64,000 nucleotides of DNA from Methylophilaceae bacterium. Lineage in GTDB: Bacteria; Pseudomonadota; Gammaproteobacteria; Burkholderiales; Methylophilaceae. The notes under the pieces were generated by a model. The model did not search any database. It was not told the origin of the DNA and worked only from the letters and a program-made list of their open reading frames with translations. The position numbers and the translations under genes are program-made. This document shows positions 51,533-61,766 of this stretch, in pieces (position 1 is the stretch's first letter; the number at the start of each line of letters is the position of its first letter). The stretch is taken from NCBI GenBank assembly GCA_011391175.1, contig JAABQZ010000001.1, positions 5,915 through 69,914 of the forward strand, written 5' to 3'.

Positions 51533-52326
51533 TGATGAGCTGGCCCATTTATTTTTATAGTTTGGCAACCATTGCAATATTTGCCTTTGCTGGCTGGCTG
51601 CTAAGCTTGGCGCGAAAAAATGTCACACATGTGGACAGTATGTGGAGCTTGTTCTTTGTGATTGCAGCGTTTACCACTGCCGCTTTTGTGCTGTTTGTAG
51701 AGGTTGCTCCACCTAGACTGATATTGGTGCTGACCTGCGTGAGCGTTTGGGCGCTACGACTATGTATTTACTTAACATGGCGTAATTGGGGTCCACATGA
51801 AGACTCACGTTATGTCGAAATCCGCAAAAACAATCAACCGCATTTTTGGTTTAAAAGCCTTTATATTGTGTTTGGCTTGCAGGCGATATTGGCATGGGTG
51901 ATTTCTGTTTCTTTGCATGCTGCCATTGCAGCCACATCACCGCTTAACCTGCTTGACTATGCCGGCTTGGCTTTGTTCTTATTCGGTTTAGTGTGGGAAT
52001 CTTTGGCCGATTGGCAACTCAGCCGCTTTAAAGCGAACTCTAACAACAAAGGCAAGGTATTGAACACTGGTGTATGGCGCTACAGCCGCCACCCCAATTA
52101 TTTTGGCGAGTGTTGTGTGTGGTGGGCGTTCTACTTATTTGCTTTGGCTGGTGGCGCTTGGTGGGCCATGATTTCACCTATATTAATGACGCTATTATTG
52201 CTAAAAGTGTCTGGCGTTAGCTTGTTAGAAAGCACCATCGTAGAGCGTCGCCCTGCCTATGCTGAATATATACGCAGTACCAACGCATTTTTTCCTGGCC
52301 CTTTAAAAAGAGAATTAACTAAATGA
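51532..52326 (+). CDS. DUF1295 membrane protein (steroid 5-alpha-reductase-like)
   Basis: VD..WS, WALRL, EDSRY, E..ADWQL, WRYSRHPNYFGE. Confidence 0.88.
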   Translation: MMSWPIYFYSLATIAIFAFAGWLLSLARKNVTHVDSMWSLFFVIAAFTTAAFVLFVEVAPPRLILVLTCVSVWALRLCIYLTWRNWGPHEDSRYVEIRKNNQPHFWFKSLYIVFGLQAILAWVISVSLHAAIAATSPLNLLDYAGLALFLFGLVWESLADWQLSRFKANSNNKGKVLNTGVWRYSRHPNYFGECCVWWAFYLFALAGGAWWAMISPILMTLLLLKVSGVSLLESTIVERRPAYAEYIRSTNAFFPGPLKRELTK

Positions 52327-52946
52327 AAATAATAATTTTGGGTGCTTGTTTGCTGTTGGCTACTCCGTTATTGCAGGCAAAAGAGTGGGCATTTGATGTG
52401 TATTTAGACAAAAGCAAAATTGGCACGCATACGTTCACGCTTAATGATAGTACGCTCACTTCTAAAGCTAATTTCAATGTAAAGGTGTTATTTATAAATG
52501 CTTATAAATACGACCACGCCGCTAAAGAACAATGGGCTGGCGACTGTTTAAACGCGCTAGAAGCCAACACCACTGAAAATAAAGTAGTAACTAAAGTAAA
52601 CGGCAAACTGGATGCTGGCGCATTTAACGTTAAAAATGGTAGTCAAGAGCAAACCCTACCCGCTTGTGTAATGACGTTTGCCTATTGGAACCCAAAAATA
52701 CTACAACAAAGCAAACTGCTTAACCCACAAAATGCAGAGCATTTAGACACGACCATCACCAAGCTTGGGGACACTAAAACTGAGGTAAAAGGCAAACCGA
52801 CTGATACCGCACACTACAAGATTACTGGTGCGTTAAAAGGCGTTAAGAAGCTCAATATTGAGCTGTGGTACAACCAGGATAATGATTGGGTTGCGCTTAA
52901 ATCGGTGACCCCCGAAGGTTACAACATTATCTATAAGCTCAAATAA
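52323..52946 (+). CDS. Exported DUF6134-like protein
   Basis: Signal peptide; F.V.LD...IG.H.F, Y.Y.H...E.W...CL, CVMTFAYWN, LLNPQ. Confidence 0.7.
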   Translation: MKIIILGACLLLATPLLQAKEWAFDVYLDKSKIGTHTFTLNDSTLTSKANFNVKVLFINAYKYDHAAKEQWAGDCLNALEANTTENKVVTKVNGKLDAGAFNVKNGSQEQTLPACVMTFAYWNPKILQQSKLLNPQNAEHLDTTITKLGDTKTEVKGKPTDTAHYKITGALKGVKKLNIELWYNQDNDWVALKSVTPEGYNIIYKLK

Positions 52947-52979
52947 TTAGCCATTAATAATCAACCATGCGAGACCAAC

Positions 52980-53534
52980 ATGTTTAAAACCTTTAATCAT
53001 TTAGCAGTATGTCTAGGCTGCTTAATTTTAACAACTGGATGCGCGAGTCAAAAAATGAATGAAATCCCACTGGTAAACCAAGTTGATTTAGCCAAATTTA
53101 TGGGTGATTGGTATGTGATTGCGGTGATTCCTACCGCGATTGAAACTGATGCCCACAACCCAATTGAAAATTACAGACTGAACGATGACGGCACCATTTC
53201 CACCACCTTTACCTTTAATAAAGGCAGTTTTGATGGCAAAGCAAAAAAATATGAGCCAAAAGGCTTTGTGCTACCTGATACTGGCAATGCGCTATGGGGC
53301 ATGCAATTTATTTGGCCCATCAAGGCGGAATACCGCATTGCTTATTTAGATTCGACCTACCAAACCACCATTATCGCGCGTAACGCACGCGACTATGTGT
53401 GGCTGATGGCGCGCACCCCGCAAATTAGCGATGCTGAATATGAGAAGCTCACGGCGTTGATTAAAGGCTGGGGTTACGACATGACCAAGCTAATTAAAGC
53501 ACCGCAGCAAACGTTGAGTGAGAGAGATAAATAG
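52980..53534 (+). CDS. Bacterial lipocalin lipoprotein (Blc-like)
   Basis: Lipobox TTGC; VDL.KFMGDWYVIA; YVWLMARTP. Confidence 0.9.
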   Translation: MFKTFNHLAVCLGCLILTTGCASQKMNEIPLVNQVDLAKFMGDWYVIAVIPTAIETDAHNPIENYRLNDDGTISTTFTFNKGSFDGKAKKYEPKGFVLPDTGNALWGMQFIWPIKAEYRIAYLDSTYQTTIIARNARDYVWLMARTPQISDAEYEKLTALIKGWGYDMTKLIKAPQQTLSERDK

Positions 53535-53542
53535 AAAGAAAG

Positions 53543-54487
53543 ATGATGCTTAACCGTTTAAATTCTTTGCGTGTTTCCATATTAGGCTGGCTGGATAACA
53601 CTCACTATGTTAAAGAAACTACTTTGACAGAAGACCAAATCGATTGGACACGTGTTATCCCATTTGTATGTTTGCATCTCGCCTGTTTTGGTATTGTTTT
53701 TGTTGGCTTTAGCTGGTTTGCCTTAGCCTTTGCATTAGTGCTGTATATCGTCCGCATGTTTGCGATTACCGCGTTCTATCACCGCTACTTTGCCCACAAA
53801 GCCTTTAAAACCAGCCGCGCTGGCCAATTTATATTTGCGGTACTAGGCGCGAGTGCAGTACAGCGTGGGCCACTTTGGTGGGCATCACACCATCGCAATC
53901 ATCATGCGCATTCAGACGAGCAGATTGATGCACACTCACCGCATCAGCACGGCTTTTTATGGAGCCATATTGGCTGGTTTTTATCACGCGCCAATTTTTC
54001 TACCCAGATTGAACGAGTAAAAGAATTGGCACACTTCCCAGAGCTACGCTTTTTAGACCGCTTCGATATCATCATACCCATTGCCCTAGGAGCCAGTATC
54101 TATGCGCTTGGCGAGGCACTAAATATTGTCATGCCTGCCTTACAAACCAATGGCCTGCAGTTGTTTGTGTGGGGATTTATTCTCTCTACCGTATTGCTAT
54201 ACCACGGCACATTTTGTGTGAACTCGCTAGCGCATGTATGGGGCAAACGACGCTACGCCACGCGCGATCACAGTCGCAATAACGCGTTGATTGCGCTGAT
54301 TACACTGGGTGAAGGCTGGCATAACAATCACCACCATTTTCCAGGCTCAGCCAAGCAAGGTTTTTACTGGTGGGAAGTTGACTTTACCTACTACGGATTA
54401 CGCATATTGGCGGCACTGGGCATTATTTGGGATTTAAAAACTGTTCCTGTCGCCATTAAAAACGCGCACATCAAGCAAAGTAATTAA
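53543..54487 (+). CDS. Membrane acyl-CoA (delta-9-type) desaturase
   Basis: His boxes HRYFAH, HRNHH, GEGWHNNHH. Confidence 0.92.
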   Translation: MMLNRLNSLRVSILGWLDNTHYVKETTLTEDQIDWTRVIPFVCLHLACFGIVFVGFSWFALAFALVLYIVRMFAITAFYHRYFAHKAFKTSRAGQFIFAVLGASAVQRGPLWWASHHRNHHAHSDEQIDAHSPHQHGFLWSHIGWFLSRANFSTQIERVKELAHFPELRFLDRFDIIIPIALGASIYALGEALNIVMPALQTNGLQLFVWGFILSTVLLYHGTFCVNSLAHVWGKRRYATRDHSRNNALIALITLGEGWHNNHHHFPGSAKQGFYWWEVDFTYYGLRILAALGIIWDLKTVPVAIKNAHIKQSN

Positions 54488-54489
54488 CC

Positions 54490-55755
54490 ATGAAGATTGC
54501 AATTATTGGCTCTGGCATTGCCGGCAACACCCTCGCCCACCATTTATACAAAACTCACGACATCACGGTTTACGAGGCTAACAGCCATATTGGTGGCCAC
54601 ACGCATACGCATGACATCGAAATAGACCAAAAAAAATACACCGTAGATACCGGTTTTATCGTTTTTAACAATCGCACCTATCCAGAATTTATTCAATTGT
54701 TAGAAGCACATCAAGTGGCTTGGCAGCCCAGCAATATGAGCTTTAGCGTGCGCTGTGAAACCACCGGACTAGAATATAACGGCACTACCCTGAATAGTCT
54801 GTTTGCACAACGCAGCAACTTATTTAAACCCAGCTTTTACCAGATGATTCGTGACATTTTGCGCTTTAACCGAGAGTCACTCAGCTTACTGGAAAATGGT
54901 AACGAAATTGCCATGGGCGATTACCTCAATCAAAATAACTATGGTCAGCGCTTTATCGACCAATATATCATCCCCATGGGCGCCGCAATTTGGTCTACTG
55001 ATGCCGCGCAAATGCTACAGTTCCCAGCGCGATTTTTTGTGCGGTTTTTTCATCATCACGGCATGTTAAGCGTCAACAATCGACCGCAATGGCGCACCAT
55101 TACTGGCGGATCAGCCAGATACGTTGAGGCAATCACTGCGCCGTTTAAGCATGTTATTAAGCTTAACACGCCTGCCAAAGCGGTAAAACGTAATGCAAAC
55201 AATGTGGAGATTACTTTGCAAAACGGCGATACAGAACAATTTGATTATGTGTTTTTTGCCTGCCACAGCGATGAAGCTTTGCGCATGCTGACAGATGCAA
55301 CAAAATCAGAGCATGAGGTGTTAAGCGCAATTCCATATCAACAAAACAGCGCATATCTGCATACCGACGTTAACTTAATGCCTAAGCGCAAATTGGCATG
55401 GGCGGCATGGAACTACCATTTACCCAAAATGCCCAGCAATAAAGTTCCAAATAATAAAGTTTTGGTTACCTACAATATGAATATTTTGCAGAATATTGAT
55501 TGCCCACAACCTATTTTAGTCACCCTTAATCATACCGATAACATCAACCCTGCCAAAATAATCAAGCGCTTACAATACACGCATCCTGTCTACACCATAG
55601 CTGGTGCGGCTGCACAGACAAGGCATGCAGAAATTAGCGGACAAAACCGTACGGGCTACGCAGGCGCTTATTGGCTGAACGGTTTTCATGAGGACGGCGT
55701 AAAAAGTGCGCTGGCTGCGTTACTGCACTTTGAGAAGTTTGTCGCCAATGCATAG
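54490..55755 (+). CDS. FAD-dependent oxidoreductase (UfaD/RSP1091/Rv0449c-like)
   Basis: IAIIGSGIAG, GGH..T, VDTGFIVFN..TYP, AWAAWNY, GFHEDG. Confidence 0.88.
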   Translation: MKIAIIGSGIAGNTLAHHLYKTHDITVYEANSHIGGHTHTHDIEIDQKKYTVDTGFIVFNNRTYPEFIQLLEAHQVAWQPSNMSFSVRCETTGLEYNGTTLNSLFAQRSNLFKPSFYQMIRDILRFNRESLSLLENGNEIAMGDYLNQNNYGQRFIDQYIIPMGAAIWSTDAAQMLQFPARFFVRFFHHHGMLSVNNRPQWRTITGGSARYVEAITAPFKHVIKLNTPAKAVKRNANNVEITLQNGDTEQFDYVFFACHSDEALRMLTDATKSEHEVLSAIPYQQNSAYLHTDVNLMPKRKLAWAAWNYHLPKMPSNKVPNNKVLVTYNMNILQNIDCPQPILVTLNHTDNINPAKIIKRLQYTHPVYTIAGAAAQTRHAEISGQNRTGYAGAYWLNGFHEDGVKSALAALLHFEKFVANA

Positions 55756-56536
55756 CAAAATACATAGCAAGATTTATGCTGGCTGGGTGGCACACCAGCG
55801 CTATAGCCCCAAAAAACATGGCTTTCGCTACCGTGCTTTTATGATGTATTTAGATTTAGATGAGATTAATTTATTATTTAAGAACAATAAATTATGGAGC
55901 TATCTTAAACCAAATATTGCATATTTTAATCGTGCTGATTATTTTGGTGACCCTACTAAAAATCTAAAAAGTGAAATCAGCGATTTAGTTTTAAACGCCA
56001 CGGGCAAACCTGCGCAAGGTGCGGTGCGATTGCTGACCAATATGCGCTATTTTGGGCATTGCTTTAACCCGGTATCGTTTTACTATTGCTTTGAAGCGGA
56101 TGGCGTAACCCTGCAAGCGATTGTCACGCACATCACCAATACACCGTGGGGTGAAGATTATGCTTATGTACATGATTTTAATGCAGATAAATTGATTAAA
56201 AACACTAAAAATGGGGTGATTACTGCATTTAAACTGGATAAGAAATTCCATGTTTCTCCTTTTATGCCGATGGAAATTAATTACGGCTGGGCGTTTAAGC
56301 TATATGAGAAACAACTATTTGTGCACATGAAAAATTTTCAGCGCGGTCAGGAAATTTTTAACGCCACTTTGAGTTTGCAAGCACAAGAAATTACGCCTAA
56401 CGCATTGAATTTATTGCTGATTCAATATCCACTCATGACCATTAAAGTTGTCATTGGTATCTACTGGAACGCCCTACTACTCTGGCTAAAACGGGTGCCT
56501 GTTTATTCACACCCTATTACTATTAACAAAGACTAA
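55748..56536 (+). CDS. DUF1365 protein (UfaO/RSP1090-like)
   Basis: H.R..P..H.F.Y, FNPVSFYYC, NTPWGE, KKFHVSPF; ATG at 55748. Confidence 0.9.
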   Translation: MHSKIHSKIYAGWVAHQRYSPKKHGFRYRAFMMYLDLDEINLLFKNNKLWSYLKPNIAYFNRADYFGDPTKNLKSEISDLVLNATGKPAQGAVRLLTNMRYFGHCFNPVSFYYCFEADGVTLQAIVTHITNTPWGEDYAYVHDFNADKLIKNTKNGVITAFKLDKKFHVSPFMPMEINYGWAFKLYEKQLFVHMKNFQRGQEIFNATLSLQAQEITPNALNLLLIQYPLMTIKVVIGIYWNALLLWLKRVPVYSHPITINKD

Positions 56537-56544
56537 AAGTTACT

Positions 56545-57792
56545 ATGGAAACCCTATCTGCTCCGCTTAAAATAAAAAAACGTGCTGCTTGGCTGCAAAC
56601 TTTTGCTAAAGCGCAAGTGCTTAAAAAATTGACCAACCTTGCATACGGCCAATTAACGCTTATAGACGCCGAAGAACGCTATCAGTTTGGCACTGCGGGC
56701 GATTTAAGTGCAACGATTATTGTCAATGACGCACATTTTTACGGTGATGTAGCATTTGGCGGCAGCATTGGCGCGGGTGAAGCTTATATGCTGGGCTATT
56801 GGCATGCAGACAATCTCACCAATGTGGTTCGCCTGTTCGCAGCCAACCAAAACATCATGGATGCACTAGAAGGCGGTTTTGAGTGGCTTTCCAAGCCTAT
56901 TCTAAAGACGCTGCACTACTTAAACCGCAACACGCAAGATGGCAGCCGCAAAAACATTGCCGCACACTATGATTTAGGCAACGATTTTTTTAAACTGTGG
57001 CTAGATTCAACCATGATGTACTCTGCGGCGATTTTCGCACCTGCAGACTGCAGTTTAGAAGCTGCATCACTTAAAAAACTCCAAGTTATTTGCGATAAAT
57101 TAGACTTGAAGCCTAGCGATCATGTGCTAGAAATTGGCACGGGCTGGGGCGGTTTTGCTATTTATGCGGCAAAAAATTATGGCTGTCACGTCACCACCAC
57201 CACTATCTCAAGACAGCAATATGATGAGGCCAAACATAGAGTCACAGCAGAAAACCTTGAACATAAAGTAACACTTTTGTTAAATGATTACAGAGACTTA
57301 CAAGGACAATTTGATAAATTAGTTTCAATTGAAATGATCGAGGCTGTGGGCCATCAATTCTATGATGTCTACTTCGCTAAAGTCAGCAGCTTACTCAAGC
57401 CCGATGGTTTAGCACTAATTCAAGCCATAACCATTACCGACCAACGCTTTGAAGCGGCAAAAAATAGTGTCGATTTTATCCAGCGTTATATTTTTCCTGG
57501 CTCAAATATTCCTAGCAACACGGCTATGCTGCAAAGCATCACCAAAACATCCGATATGCGCCTGTTTGATTGTGAAGATATCGGCGCGCATTACGCCACC
57601 ACACTTCGCAAATGGCGTGAAAACTTCTTCGCTAATATTGCGCAAGTACGTCAATTAGGCTATTCGGAAGAGTTTATCCGCATGTGGGAATTCTATTTAT
57701 GTTATTGCGAAGGCGGCTTTGCAGAACGTGCGCTGGGCGATGTGCATTTATTATTAGCCAAACCACAAAATCGCAGGCCTGCATTAATTTAG
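56545..57792 (+). CDS. Cyclopropane-fatty-acyl-phospholipid synthase family methyltransferase (UfaM/CfaS-like)
   Basis: GEAYM.G.W, NIAAHYDLGNDFF, LEIGTGWG, SIEMIEAVG, YIFPG, WEFYLCYCEGGF. Confidence 0.92.
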   Translation: METLSAPLKIKKRAAWLQTFAKAQVLKKLTNLAYGQLTLIDAEERYQFGTAGDLSATIIVNDAHFYGDVAFGGSIGAGEAYMLGYWHADNLTNVVRLFAANQNIMDALEGGFEWLSKPILKTLHYLNRNTQDGSRKNIAAHYDLGNDFFKLWLDSTMMYSAAIFAPADCSLEAASLKKLQVICDKLDLKPSDHVLEIGTGWGGFAIYAAKNYGCHVTTTTISRQQYDEAKHRVTAENLEHKVTLLLNDYRDLQGQFDKLVSIEMIEAVGHQFYDVYFAKVSSLLKPDGLALIQAITITDQRFEAAKNSVDFIQRYIFPGSNIPSNTAMLQSITKTSDMRLFDCEDIGAHYATTLRKWRENFFANIAQVRQLGYSEEFIRMWEFYLCYCEGGFAERALGDVHLLLAKPQNRRPALI

Positions 57793-57829
57793 CGATGTTT
57801 GCATAATGGCACGCTTATAATAACCCCCT

Positions 57830-58546
57830 ATGCAATTTGCAAATATTGAATGGCGCGAAAATAAAGAGGCACACCAGCCCTACTCAATTGATTTTAATGA
57901 TGTTTATTTCAATACAGATGACGGTTTAGCAGAAACCGAGTATGTGTTTATTGCACATAACCAGTTACAACAACGCTTCTCCAACCCCAATCTAAGCAAT
58001 TTTACTATGATTGAAACGGGCTTTGGCACAGGTCTAAACTTTCTAGTTGTAAGCGCACTTTGGTTACAGCTAGCACCTAGAGACGCCACTTTGCATTATA
58101 TTGGCATCGAAAAAATGCCGCTTTCACCAGCCGATTTAACGCGCGCGCAGGCGCTGTGGCCCCAGTTTACCGATATTTCGCAAGCACTGATTAAGCAATA
58201 TTCGACACTTAAAACTGGCATTAATCATTTTAGTATCGCTGCAGGCCATATCCAGCTTGACTTACAGGCCGATGACATTATGCTCGTACTGCCACAGTTG
58301 TCGCATATCGCCGATGCTTGGCTGCCGGATGGCTTTGCCCCCGCCAAAAATACTGCCATGTGGTCCAGTGAAGTATTTGCACAGATGGCACGCCACTCAA
58401 AAATAGGTACGACCTTTGCCACTTTTACCAGTGCTGGCCAGGTTAAACGAGGTTTGCAGGCAGCTGGTTTTGAAGTCAGCAAGCATAAAGGCTTCGGCAA
58501 AAAGCGTGAAATGTTAAGCGGACTGTTTAATGGCTGGGTGTTATGA
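57830..58546 (+). CDS. mnmD: tRNA mnm5s2U methyltransferase (MnmC N-terminal domain)
   Basis: F.DVYF, ETGFGTGLNF, DGFAPAKN..MW, G.KREM. Confidence 0.9.
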   Translation: MQFANIEWRENKEAHQPYSIDFNDVYFNTDDGLAETEYVFIAHNQLQQRFSNPNLSNFTMIETGFGTGLNFLVVSALWLQLAPRDATLHYIGIEKMPLSPADLTRAQALWPQFTDISQALIKQYSTLKTGINHFSIAAGHIQLDLQADDIMLVLPQLSHIADAWLPDGFAPAKNTAMWSSEVFAQMARHSKIGTTFATFTSAGQVKRGLQAAGFEVSKHKGFGKKREMLSGLFNGWVL

Positions 58547-59760
58547 CGAGCGCAATTGTGATTGGTGGCGGCATTGCAGGTTGTAGCACGGCATTCGCAT
58601 TAGCCAAGCGCGGCATTGCAATTACTCTGATTGAGCGGCACGATAAGCTAGCGCAGGAAGCCTCTGGCAATCCACTGGCAATGCTCTATCCAAAACTGAA
58701 TATCAAGCCAACACCCGCCAATATACTTGCTTTGCAAGGATTTTTATTCACTCTTGGCTTATTAAAAAAGCTGCCTAAATCTACTGAAATTTTTAATGCG
58801 TGTGGGCAAATTCAGCTGGCGTTTAATGCGCGCGAGCAGGCTAAACAAACCACTTTATCTCAAACATCAGAAACTGAGTTTTTGAAATTTCAGACTTTAA
58901 ACACCGAAGAAGCCAGCGCAATCGCAGGCATCCCCTTAAAAATCGGTGGTTTATATTTGCCGCAGGCTGGTTGGGTTAAGCCGCAAGCCTTATGTGAAGC
59001 GCTTTGCAGCAACCCCTTGATTTCAGTTGTCACTTCAACCGAAGCATTAAGCATTGAAAAGCAGGATGAGCTTTGGCGCGTTACAGCGGCTAATCAACAG
59101 GCAATGAATGCTAATATATACGAAGCTGAGATAGTCGTCATTTGCAATGCCAACGACATCAAACAATTTCATCAGTGCACTAGTGCCGCCATTACCCCAG
59201 TGCGCGGCCAACTTAATTGGTTCAAATCTAGCGTTGAAAGCGAAAAGATTAAGCCAATTATTTGCAGTGACCATCACGTGAGCCCCGCCGTGGATGGATG
59301 GCACTGTGTTGGCACCAGTTATGCACCCAATGACCTGCATGCAGAGATTAGCCCAGCCGATACGCAACAAAACCTGAATGCACTGTATAAACTTGCGCCG
59401 GATATTTACAAGTACCTTGATATAGAAAGTGTGCAAGCACGCGTTGGCTGGCGCAGCCAAACGCTAGACTATATGCCGCTTGCTGGGCAACTACTCGATG
59501 AAGAACAATTATGTAAAAATCCATCACGTTACAACGCCAACCCTGCAAGTTTGCCATGGTTAAGTGGCTTGTATGTGAATGCAGGACATGGCTCTAAAGG
59601 CATGATTACCGCGCCCTTGTGTGGCGAATTAATCGCAGGCTTAGCTACCGATAGCCACTTACCTATCAACCTACAGTTAGCCAGCAAGCTCAATCCTAGT
59701 CGATTTTTGCTGCGTGAGCTCGGCTTAAAACAATTAGCCAACTCGCTCTTTGTTGCGTGA
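58543..59760 (+). CDS. mnmC: FAD-dependent cmnm5s2U oxidoreductase (MnmC C-terminal domain)
   Basis: IGGGIAG, ASGN, PVRGQ, DYMPLAG, GHGSKG..TAPLC, P.RF. Confidence 0.9.
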   Translation: MTSAIVIGGGIAGCSTAFALAKRGIAITLIERHDKLAQEASGNPLAMLYPKLNIKPTPANILALQGFLFTLGLLKKLPKSTEIFNACGQIQLAFNAREQAKQTTLSQTSETEFLKFQTLNTEEASAIAGIPLKIGGLYLPQAGWVKPQALCEALCSNPLISVVTSTEALSIEKQDELWRVTAANQQAMNANIYEAEIVVICNANDIKQFHQCTSAAITPVRGQLNWFKSSVESEKIKPIICSDHHVSPAVDGWHCVGTSYAPNDLHAEISPADTQQNLNALYKLAPDIYKYLDIESVQARVGWRSQTLDYMPLAGQLLDEEQLCKNPSRYNANPASLPWLSGLYVNAGHGSKGMITAPLCGELIAGLATDSHLPINLQLASKLNPSRFLLRELGLKQLANSLFVA

Positions 59761-59798
59761 ATTGTGAGCCAATTCACTTTTATAGATTAAAATTGGGC

Positions 59799-61715
59799 AT
59801 GCAAGGCATAAACCAACTCCTTAATCAAGCGCAACAGGCCGAGCTACAAGGCAATAGCCATGAGGCGCTCCAGCTATACCAGCAAATATTAAGGTTGCAC
59901 CCAACAGAGCTTGGTTTACACGCACGTTGTGGCAATTTATGCGCACAACTGCAGCGGTTCGAAGAAGCAGCAGGCTATTTTAGGCGGCTTTTACATGCCA
60001 ATAAAAAAAGTGATGACATACGCAACGCACTTTGTTATTGCTTAGTAGCACTGGGCAATCAAGCACACAGTAATAGTAATTATTTGCAAGCGGAAGCTTG
60101 CTTTGAAGAGGCCACACAGCACCAGCCAAGCAATGCAGTGTATTGGTATAACTTGGGCAACGCCCAGCGCGAGCTTGGCAAGCCACAAGCCGCATTAGAG
60201 AGTTTTAAGTTATCCATCAAATTCGACCCCAATGATGCCGATGCGCACAATAACTTAGGCAATGTACAGCGCGAATTGGGCAAACTGGATGCAGCCATTG
60301 CCAGCTATGAACGCGCTTTACAGCTAAACCCAAACTTACACCATGCCTTAGCGCATTTAGTACACCAAAAACAGCACATATGCGACTGGCATGGTTTGAG
60401 TTCAACAAGTTTGGATGCCCAAATCACAGAAATTCGTCGATTGGTGCGTGAGGAACCGAGTGCGCAAATTTCACCATTTGCGTTTTTGGCGCTACCCGGC
60501 GCCACTGCGGCCGAACAAAAGCAATGCGCTAGCAATTGGGCTAATAATCTATTTAGACATTTGGTTGAAAATAGCTCGGAGAGTGCGCCAAACAAAACCA
60601 AAGATGCAAAAGAAAAAATCAATATTGGCTATTTATCGGCAGACTTTAGGCTACATCCGCTAGCATTTTTAATTACCGAACTAATCGAAAAACACGACAG
60701 AAGTAAATTCAAGGTTGTGGCCTACTCTTATGGTGCGGTTGATAACACCCCCACCAGAAAGCGATTGGTAAAGGCGTTTGACCAATTTAACGATATTCGC
60801 TATTTAAACGATATCCAAGCGGCGCATAAAATCCAGCAAGATGGTATCGATATTTTGGTAGATTTAACGGGCTTTACGCAAACCAGCCGCACTGGCATTA
60901 TCGCACTTAAGCCAGCACCTATTAGCATTAACTGGCTTGGCTATGCTGGCACTATGGGTGAAATCAAGAGCGAGCTAAAAACAAACCCGCTGTTTGATTA
61001 TGTTTTGGTTGATCGCATAATTGCCCCCAACCCCAACGATTTTAGTGAACAACTGCTTTACCTACCTTGCTATCAACCCAATGACAGTCAACGCCCAGTT
61101 GGTAAAAGTACCACAAAAATTGAGAACAACCTGCCCGCTGATGCATTTGTATTTTGCTGCTTTAACCAAACCTTTAAAATTACCGCAGCGATTTTTTCAA
61201 CGTGGATGCGGATTCTCAAGCTAGCACCTAGTAGCATATTGTGGTTGTTAGATTGCAATCCATGGGCGAAAAGCAATTTGCAACGCGAAGCAGAAAATGC
61301 AGGTATTGCCACCGATAGAATTGTTTTCGCACCGCGCGTACCCATTGCCGAACACTTGGCGCGCCATGCGCATGCTGATTTGTTTTTAGATACCCTACCC
61401 TACAACGCGCATACCACCGCCAGCGACGCGCTTTTTATGGGCGTGCCCGTGCTAACGATACTAGGCAATACCTTTGCCAGCCGTGTTGCAGCAAGCCTGC
61501 TTACACGCGCAGGATTGCCAGAGCTAATCACCAACAACTTACCAGAGTATGAACAAAAAGCAGTATTTTTTGCACAGCATCCAGAAAAGTTGGCAGAACT
61601 CAATCGTGGGCAAAACAAATCACCTCTTTTTGATGCCAATCAATTTGCACGCGATATTGAACAGCAATATTTAAATACTTGGGCAAAATTAGACATAGGC
61701 ACGAAATTGCCATAA
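59799..61715 (+). CDS. TPR-containing O-GlcNAc transferase-like glycosyltransferase (GT41/SPINDLY)
   Basis: N-terminal TPRs; IGYLSADFRLHP, DILVDL.GFT, WLGYAGTMG, FNQTFKI, FLDTLPYNAHTTASDAL, SRV; ATG at 59799 preferred. Confidence 0.9.
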   Translation: MQGINQLLNQAQQAELQGNSHEALQLYQQILRLHPTELGLHARCGNLCAQLQRFEEAAGYFRRLLHANKKSDDIRNALCYCLVALGNQAHSNSNYLQAEACFEEATQHQPSNAVYWYNLGNAQRELGKPQAALESFKLSIKFDPNDADAHNNLGNVQRELGKLDAAIASYERALQLNPNLHHALAHLVHQKQHICDWHGLSSTSLDAQITEIRRLVREEPSAQISPFAFLALPGATAAEQKQCASNWANNLFRHLVENSSESAPNKTKDAKEKINIGYLSADFRLHPLAFLITELIEKHDRSKFKVVAYSYGAVDNTPTRKRLVKAFDQFNDIRYLNDIQAAHKIQQDGIDILVDLTGFTQTSRTGIIALKPAPISINWLGYAGTMGEIKSELKTNPLFDYVLVDRIIAPNPNDFSEQLLYLPCYQPNDSQRPVGKSTTKIENNLPADAFVFCCFNQTFKITAAIFSTWMRILKLAPSSILWLLDCNPWAKSNLQREAENAGIATDRIVFAPRVPIAEHLARHAHADLFLDTLPYNAHTTASDALFMGVPVLTILGNTFASRVAASLLTRAGLPELITNNLPEYEQKAVFFAQHPEKLAELNRGQNKSPLFDANQFARDIEQQYLNTWAKLDIGTKLP

Positions 61716-61766
61716 AAACTTGGCTTGTGATAAAGTTTAACCCATCACCAAATAATAGGATTTTAC

